The notes beneath the pieces are model-generated. The model searched no databases. It was not told where the DNA came from and worked only from the letters and a program-made list of their open reading frames with translations. From positions 3,694 to 67,693 of the forward strand of contig JBBQIB010000002.1 of NCBI GenBank assembly GCA_038324515.1: a stretch of 64,000 nucleotides of DNA, written 5' to 3'. Origin of the DNA: Burkholderiales bacterium. GTDB lineage: Bacteria > Pseudomonadota > Gammaproteobacteria > Burkholderiales > Burkholderiaceae_C. The position numbers and the translations under genes are program-made. This document shows positions 37,475 through 47,450 of this stretch, piece by piece (within the stretch, counting starts at the first letter, position 1; every line of letters starts with the position of its first letter).

Positions 37475-37819
37475 ATGAGCAGCGAAACGAGCAAGAAGGA
37501 ACTGATCAAGCACGTCACCGACGACTCCTTTGGCACCGATGTGCTGCAGGCCGACAAGCCGGTGCTGGTGGACTACTGGGCCGAGTGGTGCGGGCCCTGC
37601 AAGATGATCGCGCCGATCCTGGACGAAGTGTCCAAGGAGTACGACGGCCGCGTGCAGATTGCCAAGATGAACGTTGACGAGAACCGCGACGTGCCTGGCA
37701 AGTACGGCATTCGCGGCATCCCGACGCTGATGTTGTTCAAGGGCGGCGAGCTGGCTGCCACCAAGGTCGGCGCCCTGTCCAAGACGCAACTCACCGCATT
37801 CCTCGACAGTCATCTATAA
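37475..37819 (+). CDS. trxA: Thioredoxin
   Basis: Motifs [29 protein letters not shown]. Lies upstream of rho. Confidence 0.97.
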   Translation: MSSETSKKELIKHVTDDSFGTDVLQADKPVLVDYWAEWCGPCKMIAPILDEVSKEYDGRVQIAKMNVDENRDVPGKYGIRGIPTLMLFKGGELAATKVGALSKTQLTAFLDSHL

Positions 37820-38019
37820 TTGATGCCAGTTGTGGGCGGTTCGTGAGCCTGCAACCTGTTCCGCCACCCACCGTCGCCCTCGCTGGCCTGTGTCTTCACG
37901 GGCCTGTTGCTTGAAGGGCCGAGTTGGGGCTTGGCGCCATTTCACCCGTTTTGTTGCGCTGAATTCTGCCCGTTTGTCTGGCAGATTTTTGACGCCAAGC
38001 TGCACCCGGGGTGCCCGTT

Positions 38020-39282
38020 ATGCATTTGTCCGAACTCAAGGCCCAACATGTCTCAGAGCTGATCGCCATGGGCGAAGCGCTGGAGATCGAAAACGTCCAG
38101 CGCCTGCGCAAACAAGAGCTGATGTTTGCGATCATGAAAAAACGGGCGCGCGCCGGTGAACAGGTTTTCGGTGACGGCGTGCTCGAAGTGCTGCCCGATG
38201 GCTTTGGCTTCCTGCGCAGCATCGAGGCCAGCTACATGGCCAGCACCGATGACATCTACCTCAGCCCCAGCCAGGTGCGGCGATTCAATCTGCACACCGG
38301 CGACATGGTTGAAGGCGAGGTGCGGGTGCCCAAGGACGGTGAGCGCTATTTTGCTTTGGTCTAGGTTGTCCGGGTCAACGGCCTGTCGCGGGTGGAGAGC
38401 AAGCACATGATCATGTTCGAGTTCTTGACGCCCTTGTTCGCGAAGGAGCCGTTCAAGCTTGAGCGCGACATCAAGGCCGAAGAGAACATCACCGGCCGCA
38501 TCATCGATTTGATCGCGCCCATCGGCAAAGGCCAGCGCGCGCTGCTGGTGGCGCAGCCCAAGACCGGCAAGACGGTCATGATGCAGCACATCGCCCACGC
38601 GTTGGTGGCCAACCACCCCGAGATCCATCTGATCGTGCTGCTGGTGGATGAACGACCCGAAGAAGTGACCGAGATGCAGCGCACCGTGCGTGGCGAGGTC
38701 ATCAGCTCCACCTTTGACGAACCCGCTGCGCGCCACGTGCAGGTGGCAGAGATGGTGATCGAGCGTGCCAAGCGGCTGGTCGAGTTGAAAAAAGACGTGG
38801 TGATCCTGCTGGACAGCATCACCCGCCTGGCGCGCGCCTACAACAACGTGTTGCCTTCCAGCGGCAAGGTGTTGACCGGAGGTGTGGACGCCAACGCCTT
38901 GCAGCGCCCCAAGCGCTTCTTTGGCGCCGCGCGTAACACCGAAGAAGGTGGCACGCTGACGATCATCGGCACCGCGTTGATCGATACCGGCTCGAAGATG
39001 GACGAGGTGATCTACGAAGAGTTCAAAGGCACCGGCAACTGCGAGATCCATCTGGATCGGCGCATGGCCGAAAAACGTGTCTACCCTTCGATACTGATCA
39101 ACAGAAGCGGCACGCGGCGCGAAGAGCTGTTGCTGAAGCCCGAAATCCTGCAAAAGAGCTGGATCCTGCGCAAGCTGCTGTACCCGATGGACGAAATCGA
39201 AGCGATGGAATTCATCCTCGAGAAGATGAAGGCCACCAAGAACAATCTGGACTTCTTCGACATGATGCGCCGAGGCGGTTGA
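38020..39282 (+). CDS. rho: Transcription termination factor Rho (in-frame TAG at 38362-38364, probably a sequence error)
   Basis: Motifs [60 protein letters not shown]. Both ORF-track pieces are in the same frame. Confidence 0.93.
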
Positions 39283-39381
39283 TACCTTGGCTACAATGTC
39301 GGGTTTGGTTTTTATCCCCGGGGCAAGTATGTCTGCACATCCGCTTTGCAGGCACGGCTACCCCCATCAGCAGAGGCTCCC

Positions 39382-39642
39382 ATGAAAGACGGCATTCACC
39401 CCAACTACCGCGAAATCTGTTTCCAGGACTTGTCCAACGGTTTCCAGTTCGTCACGCGCTCTTGTGCTTCAAGCAAAGAAAAGATCAAGCTCGACGACGG
39501 CCGCGAGATGCCGCTGATCAAGCTGGAAACCACCAGCGAGACGCATCCTTTTTACACCGGCACGCAAAAGAGCATCGACAGTCTGGGCGGCCGGGTCGAG
39601 AAGTTTCGCAACAAGTTTGCCCACGTGGGCATGAAAAAATAA
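39382..39642 (+). CDS. rpmE: 50S ribosomal protein L31 (type B, no Zn-ribbon)
   Basis: Motifs MKDGIHPNYR, SETHPFYTG, GGRVEKFR. Confidence 0.95.
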   Translation: MKDGIHPNYREICFQDLSNGFQFVTRSCASSKEKIKLDDGREMPLIKLETTSETHPFYTGTQKSIDSLGGRVEKFRNKFAHVGMKK

Positions 39643-39745
39643 TTGCGTTGGAGATTCGGGTTCCAGGCTACCGCACCAGGGCATGCGCTTGCGGCCATGC
39701 GCCTTTTGGTATGGCAACCTGACTCCCATATTGCATGCAGGAACC

Positions 39746-39768
39746 GGGCAGCCACGCTGCCCTTTTTT
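39746..39768 (+). terminator. Intrinsic terminator after rpmE
   Basis: GGGCAGC-CAC-GCTGCCC-TTTTTT. Confidence 0.85.
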
Positions 39769-39808
39769 GTGTCCATCGCAGTGCGCTCCAGCAGGCCCGT
39801 GAACTAGT

Positions 39809-41524
39809 ATGGCGACGCCTGCCAGGGCCCACAACCCGAACCCAGCACTTGTCACCCAGCGCGGCGCACGGCGTCTGCCGCGTGTGCCGCTGTTGTTGCT
39901 TTGTGCCGCCTATCTGCTGCCGGGGCTGATCGGCCGCGACCCCTGGCGCGGCGCCGAGTTTGCCGCCTTTGGTCAGATGTTGGCAATGGCCGAGGGGCGC
40001 ACATCCTGGTGGTTGCCGGCACTGGGCGGTGTGCCAGGTGATTCAGCACTGCTGTCGCACTGGTGGGGGGCGATATTCATCCGCGCCGGCGCAGGCTGGC
40101 TCGATCCTGCACTGGCCGCCAGACTGCCCTTTGCAGCGCTGCTGGCGCTGACCCTGGCACTCGTCTGGTACAGCGCATTCCATTTGGCGCGCACCGAAGC
40201 GGCGCAGCCTGTGGCTTTTGCTTTTGGCGGTGAAGCCGACCCGGTGGACTATGCGCGCGCCATTGCCGATGGTGCGCTGCTGGCCTTGATTGCCACCCTG
40301 GGCCTGGCGCAGCTGGGGCACGAAACTACACCTGAGTTGGCCCAGTTGCTTGCTGCCGCGCTCTTCCTCTACGGGCTGGCGGCAGCACCTTTCAGGCCCC
40401 TGCGCTGCAGGCTGGCGCTGCTGGCAGCGCTGCCCTTGCTGGCCGGCAGTGGTGCACCCGCCGTGGCCTTGGCCCTGGGGCTGGGGGGTGTATTGGTCTG
40501 CAGCCAGTCACGCTACCCGCAAGTCAGGGCCTTGGTGGTGTGGCTGGCGGGCGCCTGCGCCGGCGCGGTGGTGCTGGCCTTCTGGCTGCACGCCTGGCGT
40601 CTGCGTGGCGTCGGGCTGAGCCCGAGCGATGTGCCCAGCATCGCGCGTCAATGGCTGTGGTTCATGTGGCCAGTGTGGCCGATGGCCTTGTGGACCCTTT
40701 GGCGCTGGCGGCGGCAACTCTCGTTCCGACACATTTCTGCCCCCTTGGTACTGATCGTGGTGGCGCTGGGCACCAACCTGGCCATGGCGGGCAACGACCG
40801 CGCGCTGATGCTGGGCTTGCCAGGGCTGGCGGTGCTGGCCGCTTTTGCGCTGCCCACCCTCAAACGCAGCGCTGCCGCAGGGATCGACTGGTTCTCGATC
40901 TGCTTCTTCACGCTCTCGGCCGTCGTCATCTGGGTCATCTATGTGGCCATGCACACGGGTGTACCTGCCAAGACTGCAGCCAACGTCAGCAAGCTGGCGC
41001 CAGGGTTTGAAGCCCAGTTCTCTGCCCTCACGCTGGTCTTCGCCGTCACCGGCACGGTGGCATGGTTGTGGTTGGTGCGCTGGCGAACAGGACGCCACCG
41101 CGATGCCCTGTGGAAGAGCCTGGTGCTGCCGGCCGGAGGTGTTGCCCTGTGCTGGCTGCTGCTGATGACCTTGTGGCTGCAACCACTGGACTACGCGCGC
41201 AGCATGCGCACCTGGGTCGACCGGGTCAGCCAACATGTCCCGGCCCGGGCCTGCTTGCTGGCCCCCGCAGCTTCACCTTCCACCGTTGCGGCCCTGGAAT
41301 TTCTTGGCCGCTGGAAGGTCGACGCAAGAGCCGACACCTTGTCCCAGGCCACCGCCAGTCAGGGGCTGTCGGCCAGCCCATGCAATCACATGGTGCAGGT
41401 TTTTGCCTCCGAATTCGCGGCCAAGGCGGCTCCCCCAGGATGGCAGCAGGTGGCTGTGGTGCGCCGGCCTGCGGACAGGCAGGAAGTCAGCCACGTCTAT
41501 CAGCGACAGCGCTCAACGCAGTAG
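39809..41524 (+). CDS. GT-C / ArnT-like (PMT family) integral membrane glycosyltransferase
   Basis: Many TM helices. N-terminal GRDPW..E motif, HETTPE, WFMWP.WP. Usual position after rpmE in Burkholderiales. Confidence 0.75.
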   Translation: MATPARAHNPNPALVTQRGARRLPRVPLLLLCAAYLLPGLIGRDPWRGAEFAAFGQMLAMAEGRTSWWLPALGGVPGDSALLSHWWGAIFIRAGAGWLDPALAARLPFAALLALTLALVWYSAFHLARTEAAQPVAFAFGGEADPVDYARAIADGALLALIATLGLAQLGHETTPELAQLLAAALFLYGLAAAPFRPLRCRLALLAALPLLAGSGAPAVALALGLGGVLVCSQSRYPQVRALVVWLAGACAGAVVLAFWLHAWRLRGVGLSPSDVPSIARQWLWFMWPVWPMALWTLWRWRRQLSFRHISAPLVLIVVALGTNLAMAGNDRALMLGLPGLAVLAAFALPTLKRSAAAGIDWFSICFFTLSAVVIWVIYVAMHTGVPAKTAANVSKLAPGFEAQFSALTLVFAVTGTVAWLWLVRWRTGRHRDALWKSLVLPAGGVALCWLLLMTLWLQPLDYARSMRTWVDRVSQHVPARACLLAPAASPSTVAALEFLGRWKVDARADTLSQATASQGLSASPCNHMVQVFASEFAAKAAPPGWQQVAVVRRPADRQEVSHVYQRQRSTQ

Positions 41525-41533
41525 CTGTTCACA

Positions 41534-42979
41534 TTAGGCCTGGCTGCGTTCGCTTGCCGCAGGCTTCTGACGCTGCGGCACCGCAGGCAGCGGGTGGCTG
41601 TCCGCTGCCACCGCCGTCTCAGGCGGCGCGCTCGGCGCGTGTGTTGCAGGCAAGACGGCTTCTTCGATGGGCCGCTGGCGTACCCGCAGAGCAGGCAAAC
41701 GCAGGCGGAAGACGGAGCCCTTGCCAGGCTCGCTTTGCACATCGATTTCGCCACCATGGCGCTGCATCACGTGCTTGACGATCGACAAGCCCAGCCCAGT
41801 GCCCCCAGTCTCGCGCGAGCGGCTGCCATCCACCCTGTAAAAGCGCTCCGTGAGACGCGGAATGTGCTCGCGAGCGATGCCGACGCCATCGTCTGCCACC
41901 TCGACATTGCCACCTCCATCACTGCGCCAGATCCAGGCCATGGCGATCTTGCCTCCTGCAGGCGTATAGCGCACGGCGTTGGTCAGCAAATTGGCAATCG
42001 CGCTTTGCATTTCGGGCTCGCTGGCCGCGATCTGAACGCCTTCGACGGCCTTGCATTCGAAGCGGTGGCGGCCGCCTGACAAGGCTTGGGCGTCAGCCAG
42101 TGCCCGCTGCAACAACCCTCTGACGTCCAGCCACTGCTCTGCGCCGGGGCGCGGGCTGCCTTCCAAATGCGCCAGCGTAAGCAGGTCACCGACCAGGGTC
42201 TGCATACGGTCAGTCTGCTGGGCCATCAAGCTGAGCACGCGCGTACGTTCGACTTCAGTCAGGGGCAGGCCCGCCATGGTTTCGACAAAACCCGACAGCA
42301 CCGTCAGCGGTGTGCGGATTTCATGCGAGACGTTGGCCACAAAGTCTCGGCGCATCGCATTGGCTCTCTCGAGCTCGGTGACGTCCTGCGACAGCACCAG
42401 TTTCATCCCTTCGCCGTAAGGTCGGATCAACACCGACAAGGTCGATCGACCCCCGGGGCCCGCGAAGACGATCGGTTCTTCAAAGTTGCCGTCCTGCAGA
42501 TAACTGACGAAGCTGGGCATGCGCACCAGGTTCGTGATCCGTTGCAGCCGGTCGCGCTGGGGGTTCAGGCCAAAGTGCTGCGCTGCCACCGAGTTGAGCC
42601 AGTCAATCTGATCGCCGCGGTCCAGCAGCAGCACGCCATTGGGAGAGGCTTCGATCGCTGACAGAAACTCCTGCAGACGCCCACGCTCTTGTCCCAGCAG
42701 CGAGTCACGTTGGCGCAGCGACTTTTCGACCCTGTAAGCCACTTCGCCCCAGAACCCCGGGTCGCGGGGCGCTTCGACGACTTGCGGGTCACGCAGCCAG
42801 GTCATCAGGCGGCTGCCGCGCAAAGCCTCACGCGCGATGATCCAGGCCACCGCCAGCGCCACCCCCAGGGCCAGCCCCAGCCAAATCGCTCCAGCCCAGG
42901 CGCCCGCGCCAGCGCCCACCGCGCTCAGCAAGGCCGTCAACAACAAGCCCTTGATGATCTTGCCCGGCAGCTCGTCCAT
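41534..42979 (-). CDS. phoR: Phosphate regulon sensor kinase
   Basis: PAS domain. Motifs FVANVSHEIRTPLTV, NAVRYT, LTERFYRVD, GGTGLGL. Downstream of phoB. Confidence 0.95.
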   Translation of the reverse strand: MDELPGKIIKGLLLTALLSAVGAGAGAWAGAIWLGLALGVALAVAWIIAREALRGSRLMTWLRDPQVVEAPRDPGFWGEVAYRVEKSLRQRDSLLGQERGRLQEFLSAIEASPNGVLLLDRGDQIDWLNSVAAQHFGLNPQRDRLQRITNLVRMPSFVSYLQDGNFEEPIVFAGPGGRSTLSVLIRPYGEGMKLVLSQDVTELERANAMRRDFVANVSHEIRTPLTVLSGFVETMAGLPLTEVERTRVLSLMAQQTDRMQTLVGDLLTLAHLEGSPRPGAEQWLDVRGLLQRALADAQALSGGRHRFECKAVEGVQIAASEPEMQSAIANLLTNAVRYTPAGGKIAMAWIWRSDGGGNVEVADDGVGIAREHIPRLTERFYRVDGSRSRETGGTGLGLSIVKHVMQRHGGEIDVQSEPGKGSVFRLRLPALRVRQRPIEEAVLPATHAPSAPPETAVAADSHPLPAVPQRQKPAASERSQA

Positions 42980-43019
42980 GGCTTAGAGCCTGTCCGTCAC
43001 CAGGAAGCGCCCGCGCCTC

Positions 43020-43733
43020 TCATTCACGGACAACCTCTTGATCCGACAGCAGTCGGTAGCCTGCGCCACGGACAGTCTGAACCCAGCCGTCACAACCGGC
43101 TGGCTTCAGAGCCTCGCGCAAGCGTTTGATATGCACGTCCACGGTGCGCTCTTCGATGAAGACATGGTCACCCCAGACACGATCCAGCAGGCGCGATCGG
43201 CTGTGCACCCGCTCCGGGTGGCTCATCAAGAAATGCAACAACTTGAATTCGGTCGGACCCATCTTCAACTCCTGGGTCTCGGAGCCATGCACAACGAGCA
43301 CGCGCCGGGTGGCGGGGTCGAGTTGCAAGGCCCCCAGCACGACCGCCGCGTCCAGCGCCTCGGGTGAATTGCGCCGCAGCACAGCCCGGATGCGTGCCAG
43401 CAACTCGCGGGGAGAAAACGGCTTGGTCAGATAATCGTCGGCACCTGCGTCCAGGCCTGCGATCTTGTCTGTTTCTTCGGCTCTGGCAGTGAGCATGATC
43501 AGTGCCATCGACCGCGTGCGGGCTTCGCCGCGCCAGCGCCGGGCCAATTGCGCCCCGCTTTCGCCCGGCAGCATCCAATCCAATACCACCAGATCAGGCA
43601 ACGCGCGCTCGATGGCCTGCTGGGCAGCCACCGCATCCGCCGCCACCTCCACCTGCATGCCTGCATGGCGCAGGTTCAGGCTGATCAGCTCGGCAATCGC
43701 CGGCTCGTCTTCCACCACCAGCACCGTGGTCAT
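43020..43733 (-). CDS. phoB: Phosphate regulon response regulator
   Basis: Motifs LDWMLPG, GADDYLTKPFSP, GPTEFKLL, EERTVDVHIKRLR, TVRGAGY. Confidence 0.96.
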   Translation of the reverse strand: MTTVLVVEDEPAIAELISLNLRHAGMQVEVAADAVAAQQAIERALPDLVVLDWMLPGESGAQLARRWRGEARTRSMALIMLTARAEETDKIAGLDAGADDYLTKPFSPRELLARIRAVLRRNSPEALDAAVVLGALQLDPATRRVLVVHGSETQELKMGPTEFKLLHFLMSHPERVHSRSRLLDRVWGDHVFIEERTVDVHIKRLREALKPAGCDGWVQTVRGAGYRLLSDQEVVRE

Positions 43734-43857
43734 GCAAACCTTTCAACCTGGCTGACCAGGCGACTTGCCAACACCCACACCTGCTGGATGCCAGACCCGG
43801 GGACGGCAGCAGGCGCCTGGGCGTACGCCGAACAGCCAAGGAGCCGAGGAGCCACCA

Positions 43858-44565
43858 TCAGCGCACAACGTTTTCGACGTTCTCCATCGAGGTGTGGCGC
43901 ACGTCAGTGCCCTTGACCACGTAGATGATCGCCTCGGCAATGTTCTTGGCGTGGTCGCCCACCCTCTCGATGGCCTTGGCCACGAAGACCAGATCGATGC
44001 TGGAAGATATGGTGCGTGGGTCTTCCATCATGTAGGTGATCAGCTTGCGCAACAGGCCGTCAAACTCCTGGTCGATCTGGTCGTCCTGCTTCAGCACCTC
44101 CAATGCGCGTGCGGTGTCGAGACGCGCAAAGGCGTCCAATGCCTTGCGCAACTGGGCGATTGCCAGTTCAGCCTCGAAACTGAGATCAGTCACAGGCAGC
44201 CTGAACCGCGATGAGACCCCGGTGTTGATCAGGCGCTTGACCATGCGGGCGATGCGAGCCGCCTCGTCGCCCACCCGCTCCAGGTTGGCGATGGCCTTGC
44301 TGATGGCGATCAAGAGGCGCAGGTCACGCGCGGTGGGCTGACGGCGGGCGATGATGGCCGAGAGGTCGCGGTCGATCTCGATCTCCATCTGATTGACGCG
44401 CTCTTCCTGCAGCAGCACTTGAGCAGCAATCTCGCCGTCAAAGGTGGTCAAGGCCAGCAGCGCCTGCACGAGTTGGCTCTCGACCATGCCGCCCATTTCG
44501 AGCACACGTCCGGAAATGCCGCTGAGCTCGGCGTCAAACTGGGTAGAAAGGTGTTTGTCGGTCAT
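43858..44565 (-). CDS. phoU: Phosphate signalling protein PhoU
   Basis: Motifs RQPTARDLR, LERVGD, YMMEDPRTI, IERVGDHAKNIAE. Confidence 0.96.
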   Translation of the reverse strand: MTDKHLSTQFDAELSGISGRVLEMGGMVESQLVQALLALTTFDGEIAAQVLLQEERVNQMEIEIDRDLSAIIARRQPTARDLRLLIAISKAIANLERVGDEAARIARMVKRLINTGVSSRFRLPVTDLSFEAELAIAQLRKALDAFARLDTARALEVLKQDDQIDQEFDGLLRKLITYMMEDPRTISSSIDLVFVAKAIERVGDHAKNIAEAIIYVVKGTDVRHTSMENVENVVR

Positions 44566-44648
44566 GATGGGGTTCCTTGTGTACAGCGGGGGTTCTGAAC
44601 TGGGGTGCGAGCTGCCTGGGCATCTGCCGCGTCAGCTGGACGAAGACT

Positions 44649-45434
44649 TCAGCCGAAGCGGCCGGTGATGTAGTCCTCGGTGTCCTTTTGCTTGGGCTTC
44701 ATGAAGAGCTCCGAGGTCGGGCCGAACTCCACCAGATCACCCAGGTACATGTAGGCGGTGTAGTCACTGCAGCGCGCTGCTTGCTGCATGTTGTGGGTCA
44801 CGATCATCACGGTGTAGTCCACCTTCAGCTCATGGATCAACTCTTCGATTTTGCCGGTCGAGATCGGATCCAGCGCGGAACAAGGTTCGTCCAGCAGCAG
44901 CACCTCGGGTTTGATGGCGATGCCGCGAGCGATGCACAGCCGCTGCTGCTGGCCACCCGACAGGCTGGCGCCGTTTTGGGCCAGTTTGTCTTTGACTTCA
45001 CCCCACAGTGCAGCCTTCTTGAGCGCCCACTCGACACGCTCGTCCATCTCCACGCGCGGCAACCTTTCGAACAAGCGCACGCCAAAGGCGATGTTGTCGT
45101 AGATCGACATCGGAAATGGCGTGGGCTTCTGGAACACCATGCCGATCTTGGCGCGCACCAGCGACACGTCCAGCTTCTTGGACAGGATGTCTTCACCGTC
45201 CAGCGTCACCTCGCCTTCAGCGCGCTGCTCGGGGTAGAGCTCGAACATGCGGTTGAAGACTCTGAGCAAGGTGCTCTTGCCGCAGCCTGATGGGCCGATG
45301 AAGGCGGTCACCTTGCGCTCGGGGATTTCCAGATGGATGTTCTTCAGGGCCTGAAAAGAGCCGTAATAAAAGTTCAGATTGCGCACCGACACCTTGGACT
45401 TCTCGGTCGGTGCGGGGTTGGCTGCCATATTCAT
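44649..45434 (-). CDS. pstB: Phosphate ABC transporter ATP-binding protein
   Basis: Motifs [42 protein letters not shown]. Confidence 0.97.
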   Translation of the reverse strand: MNMAANPAPTEKSKVSVRNLNFYYGSFQALKNIHLEIPERKVTAFIGPSGCGKSTLLRVFNRMFELYPEQRAEGEVTLDGEDILSKKLDVSLVRAKIGMVFQKPTPFPMSIYDNIAFGVRLFERLPRVEMDERVEWALKKAALWGEVKDKLAQNGASLSGGQQQRLCIARGIAIKPEVLLLDEPCSALDPISTGKIEELIHELKVDYTVMIVTHNMQQAARCSDYTAYMYLGDLVEFGPTSELFMKPKQKDTEDYITGRFG

Positions 45435-45477
45435 GCGTCTGCTGGGCCATCGAGGCCAATGGATGGAAGGTTCGCGC

Positions 45478-46344
45478 TCAAATCTTGTTCCTGAACAAGA
45501 CCCGGGCCAGGATGTTCAAGCCTAAAACGCCCATGGTGATGATCAGGACACCGGCCCACGCCAGCTCGCGCCAGTTCTCGTAAGGGCTCATGGCAAACTT
45601 GAAGATCGTCACCGGCAGGCTGGCCATCGGCTCGGTCAGCGACGAGGACCAGAACTGGTTGCTCAGCGCCGTGAACAACAGCGGTGCAGTTTCTCCTGCA
45701 ATGCGGGCCAGCGCCAACAATACGCCAGTCACCACACCCGCGCGCGCGGCGCGCAACGTGACCGAGGCGATTACCTTCCACTTGGGCGTGCCCAGAGCGT
45801 AAGCTGCCTCACGCAGCGAATTCGGGATCAGGCTGAGCATGTTTTCGGTGGTGCGGATGACCACCGGAATCACGATCAGCGACAACGCCAGAATGCCGGC
45901 CAGGGCCGAGAAGCTGCGCAACTGCGCCACCACCACGGCATAGATGAACAAGCCGATCACGATCGAAGGTGCAGACAACAGGATGTCGCTGATGAACTGC
46001 GTGATGCGACCCAGCCAGGTGCGCTGCCCGTATTCGGCTAGGTAGACGCCAGCCATGATGCCGATGGGCGTCCCCAGTGCCGTGGCGAGCAAAACCATGA
46101 AGGCCGAGCCTGCGATGGCATTGAGCAATCCACCCTCTTGCGCCATCGGAGGCGGCGTCATCTCTGTGAAGACTGCCAGCGACATGCCTGAAAGTCCCAG
46201 CCTGAGGGTTTCAAACAGAATCCAAGCCAGCCAGAAGAGACCAAAACCCATCGCCCCCAGCGACAAGCTCAGCGCCAGGATGTTGGTCAGCTTGCGACGA
46301 CGATGCAGCCGCATCTTGCCGACACTCAACGCGCTGAGGCTCAT
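45478..46344 (-). CDS. pstA: Phosphate ABC transporter permease PstA
   Basis: Motifs [26 protein letters not shown]. Confidence 0.95.
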   Translation of the reverse strand: MSLSALSVGKMRLHRRRKLTNILALSLSLGAMGFGLFWLAWILFETLRLGLSGMSLAVFTEMTPPPMAQEGGLLNAIAGSAFMVLLATALGTPIGIMAGVYLAEYGQRTWLGRITQFISDILLSAPSIVIGLFIYAVVVAQLRSFSALAGILALSLIVIPVVIRTTENMLSLIPNSLREAAYALGTPKWKVIASVTLRAARAGVVTGVLLALARIAGETAPLLFTALSNQFWSSSLTEPMASLPVTIFKFAMSPYENWRELAWAGVLIITMGVLGLNILARVLFRNKI

Positions 46345-47369
46345 GTCCTCGACCCTTCGTTGCGCTTCAAGCGTGCGAGCAGCACTTTGGACAACACCAG
46401 CACCACAAAGGTGATGAAAAACAGCACCAGGCCAAGGTAGATCAACGAGGCCTGATGCAGCCCGGGCGCGGCCTCAGGAAATTCGTTGGCCAGGGCGGAG
46501 GTGATGCTGTTGGCAGCCTCGAACAGTGACAAGGAGTCCAACTGGTTGAAGTTGCCGATCACAAAGGTAACGGCCATGGTCTCACCCAGCGCCCGGCCCA
46601 AGCCGAGCATGATCGCGCCCACGACGCCTGACTTGGTGTAAGGCAGCACCACCTTCCACACCACTTCCCAGGTCGTCGAGCCCAGGCCGTAAGCAGACTC
46701 CTTGAGCAACGCCGGTGTCGTTTCGAACACATCCCGCATCACCGAGGCGACGAACGGGATGACCATGATCGCCAGGATGATGCCGGCCGACAAAATGCCG
46801 ATGCCCACTGGCGCGCCGGAGACCAACGAACCCAGAACCGGCACGTCACCGACCAGCCGCTGCAAAGGCTGCTGCACAAAGGTGGCCAGAATCGGGCCGA
46901 ACACCAGCAAGCCCCACATGCCGTAGACGATGGACGGCACCGCCGCCAACAGCTCGATGGCCACGCCCAGCGGTCGGCGCAGCCAGGCTGGCGCCAGCTC
47001 GGTCAGAAACAGGGCAATACCGAAACTCACCGGTACAGCGATCAACAGGGCAATGAACGACGTCGCGAGCGTGCCGTAGATCATCACCAGGCCGCCGTAG
47101 CTGTCTTCCACGGGGTCCCACTCGCTGCGCCACAAAAAACTCAAGCCGTATTCGCTGATCGCCGGCCAGGCGCCCACCACCAGTGAGCCGATGATGGCTG
47201 CCAGCAAACCCAAGGTAATCAATGCCGCCAAATGGGCGGCGGCGGAAAAAACCACATCAGCCCACGGCAGAATGCGCCTGCGGGGCCTGGAGCTACCTCC
47301 TGCAACACTGCTTTGCATGTTCTTTTTTGCCGGCAAAGAATCGGCTTGGAGTGTAGCGGGCAAGGTCAT
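46341..47369 (-). CDS. pstC: Phosphate ABC transporter permease PstC
   Basis: Motifs [29 protein letters not shown]. Confidence 0.95.
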   Translation of the reverse strand: MTLPATLQADSLPAKKNMQSSVAGGSSRPRRRILPWADVVFSAAAHLAALITLGLLAAIIGSLVVGAWPAISEYGLSFLWRSEWDPVEDSYGGLVMIYGTLATSFIALLIAVPVSFGIALFLTELAPAWLRRPLGVAIELLAAVPSIVYGMWGLLVFGPILATFVQQPLQRLVGDVPVLGSLVSGAPVGIGILSAGIILAIMVIPFVASVMRDVFETTPALLKESAYGLGSTTWEVVWKVVLPYTKSGVVGAIMLGLGRALGETMAVTFVIGNFNQLDSLSLFEAANSITSALANEFPEAAPGLHQASLIYLGLVLFFITFVVLVLSKVLLARLKRNEGSRT

Positions 47370-47386
47370 GGCTTCAGCACAAGGCA

Positions 47387-47428
47387 ACAGGCTTGCGAAC
47401 CCGACCGAAGCCGGGCGCGCAAGCCTGT
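47387..47428. other. Intercistronic stem-loop between pstS and pstC
   Basis: 11-bp arms ACAGGCTTGCG / CGCAAGCCTGT with an inner CCCG/CGGG pair. The position fits a pstS mRNA-stabilising hairpin. Confidence 0.6.
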
Positions 47429-47450
47429 GCGGGCTCCAGTCAGAGCCGAA

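Noticed and set aside
38362-38364. Amber recoding (pyrrolysine or alternative genetic code) to explain the rho TAG
   Set aside because: TAG is the normal stop for recR, pstS, yhbY and the ArnT-like gene. There are no pyl genes, and neighbouring codons are also corrupted.
38362-38442. Diversity-generating retroelement variable region in rho
   Set aside because: The changes include C>G, and every A change is to T only. There is no template repeat or reverse transcriptase in the window.
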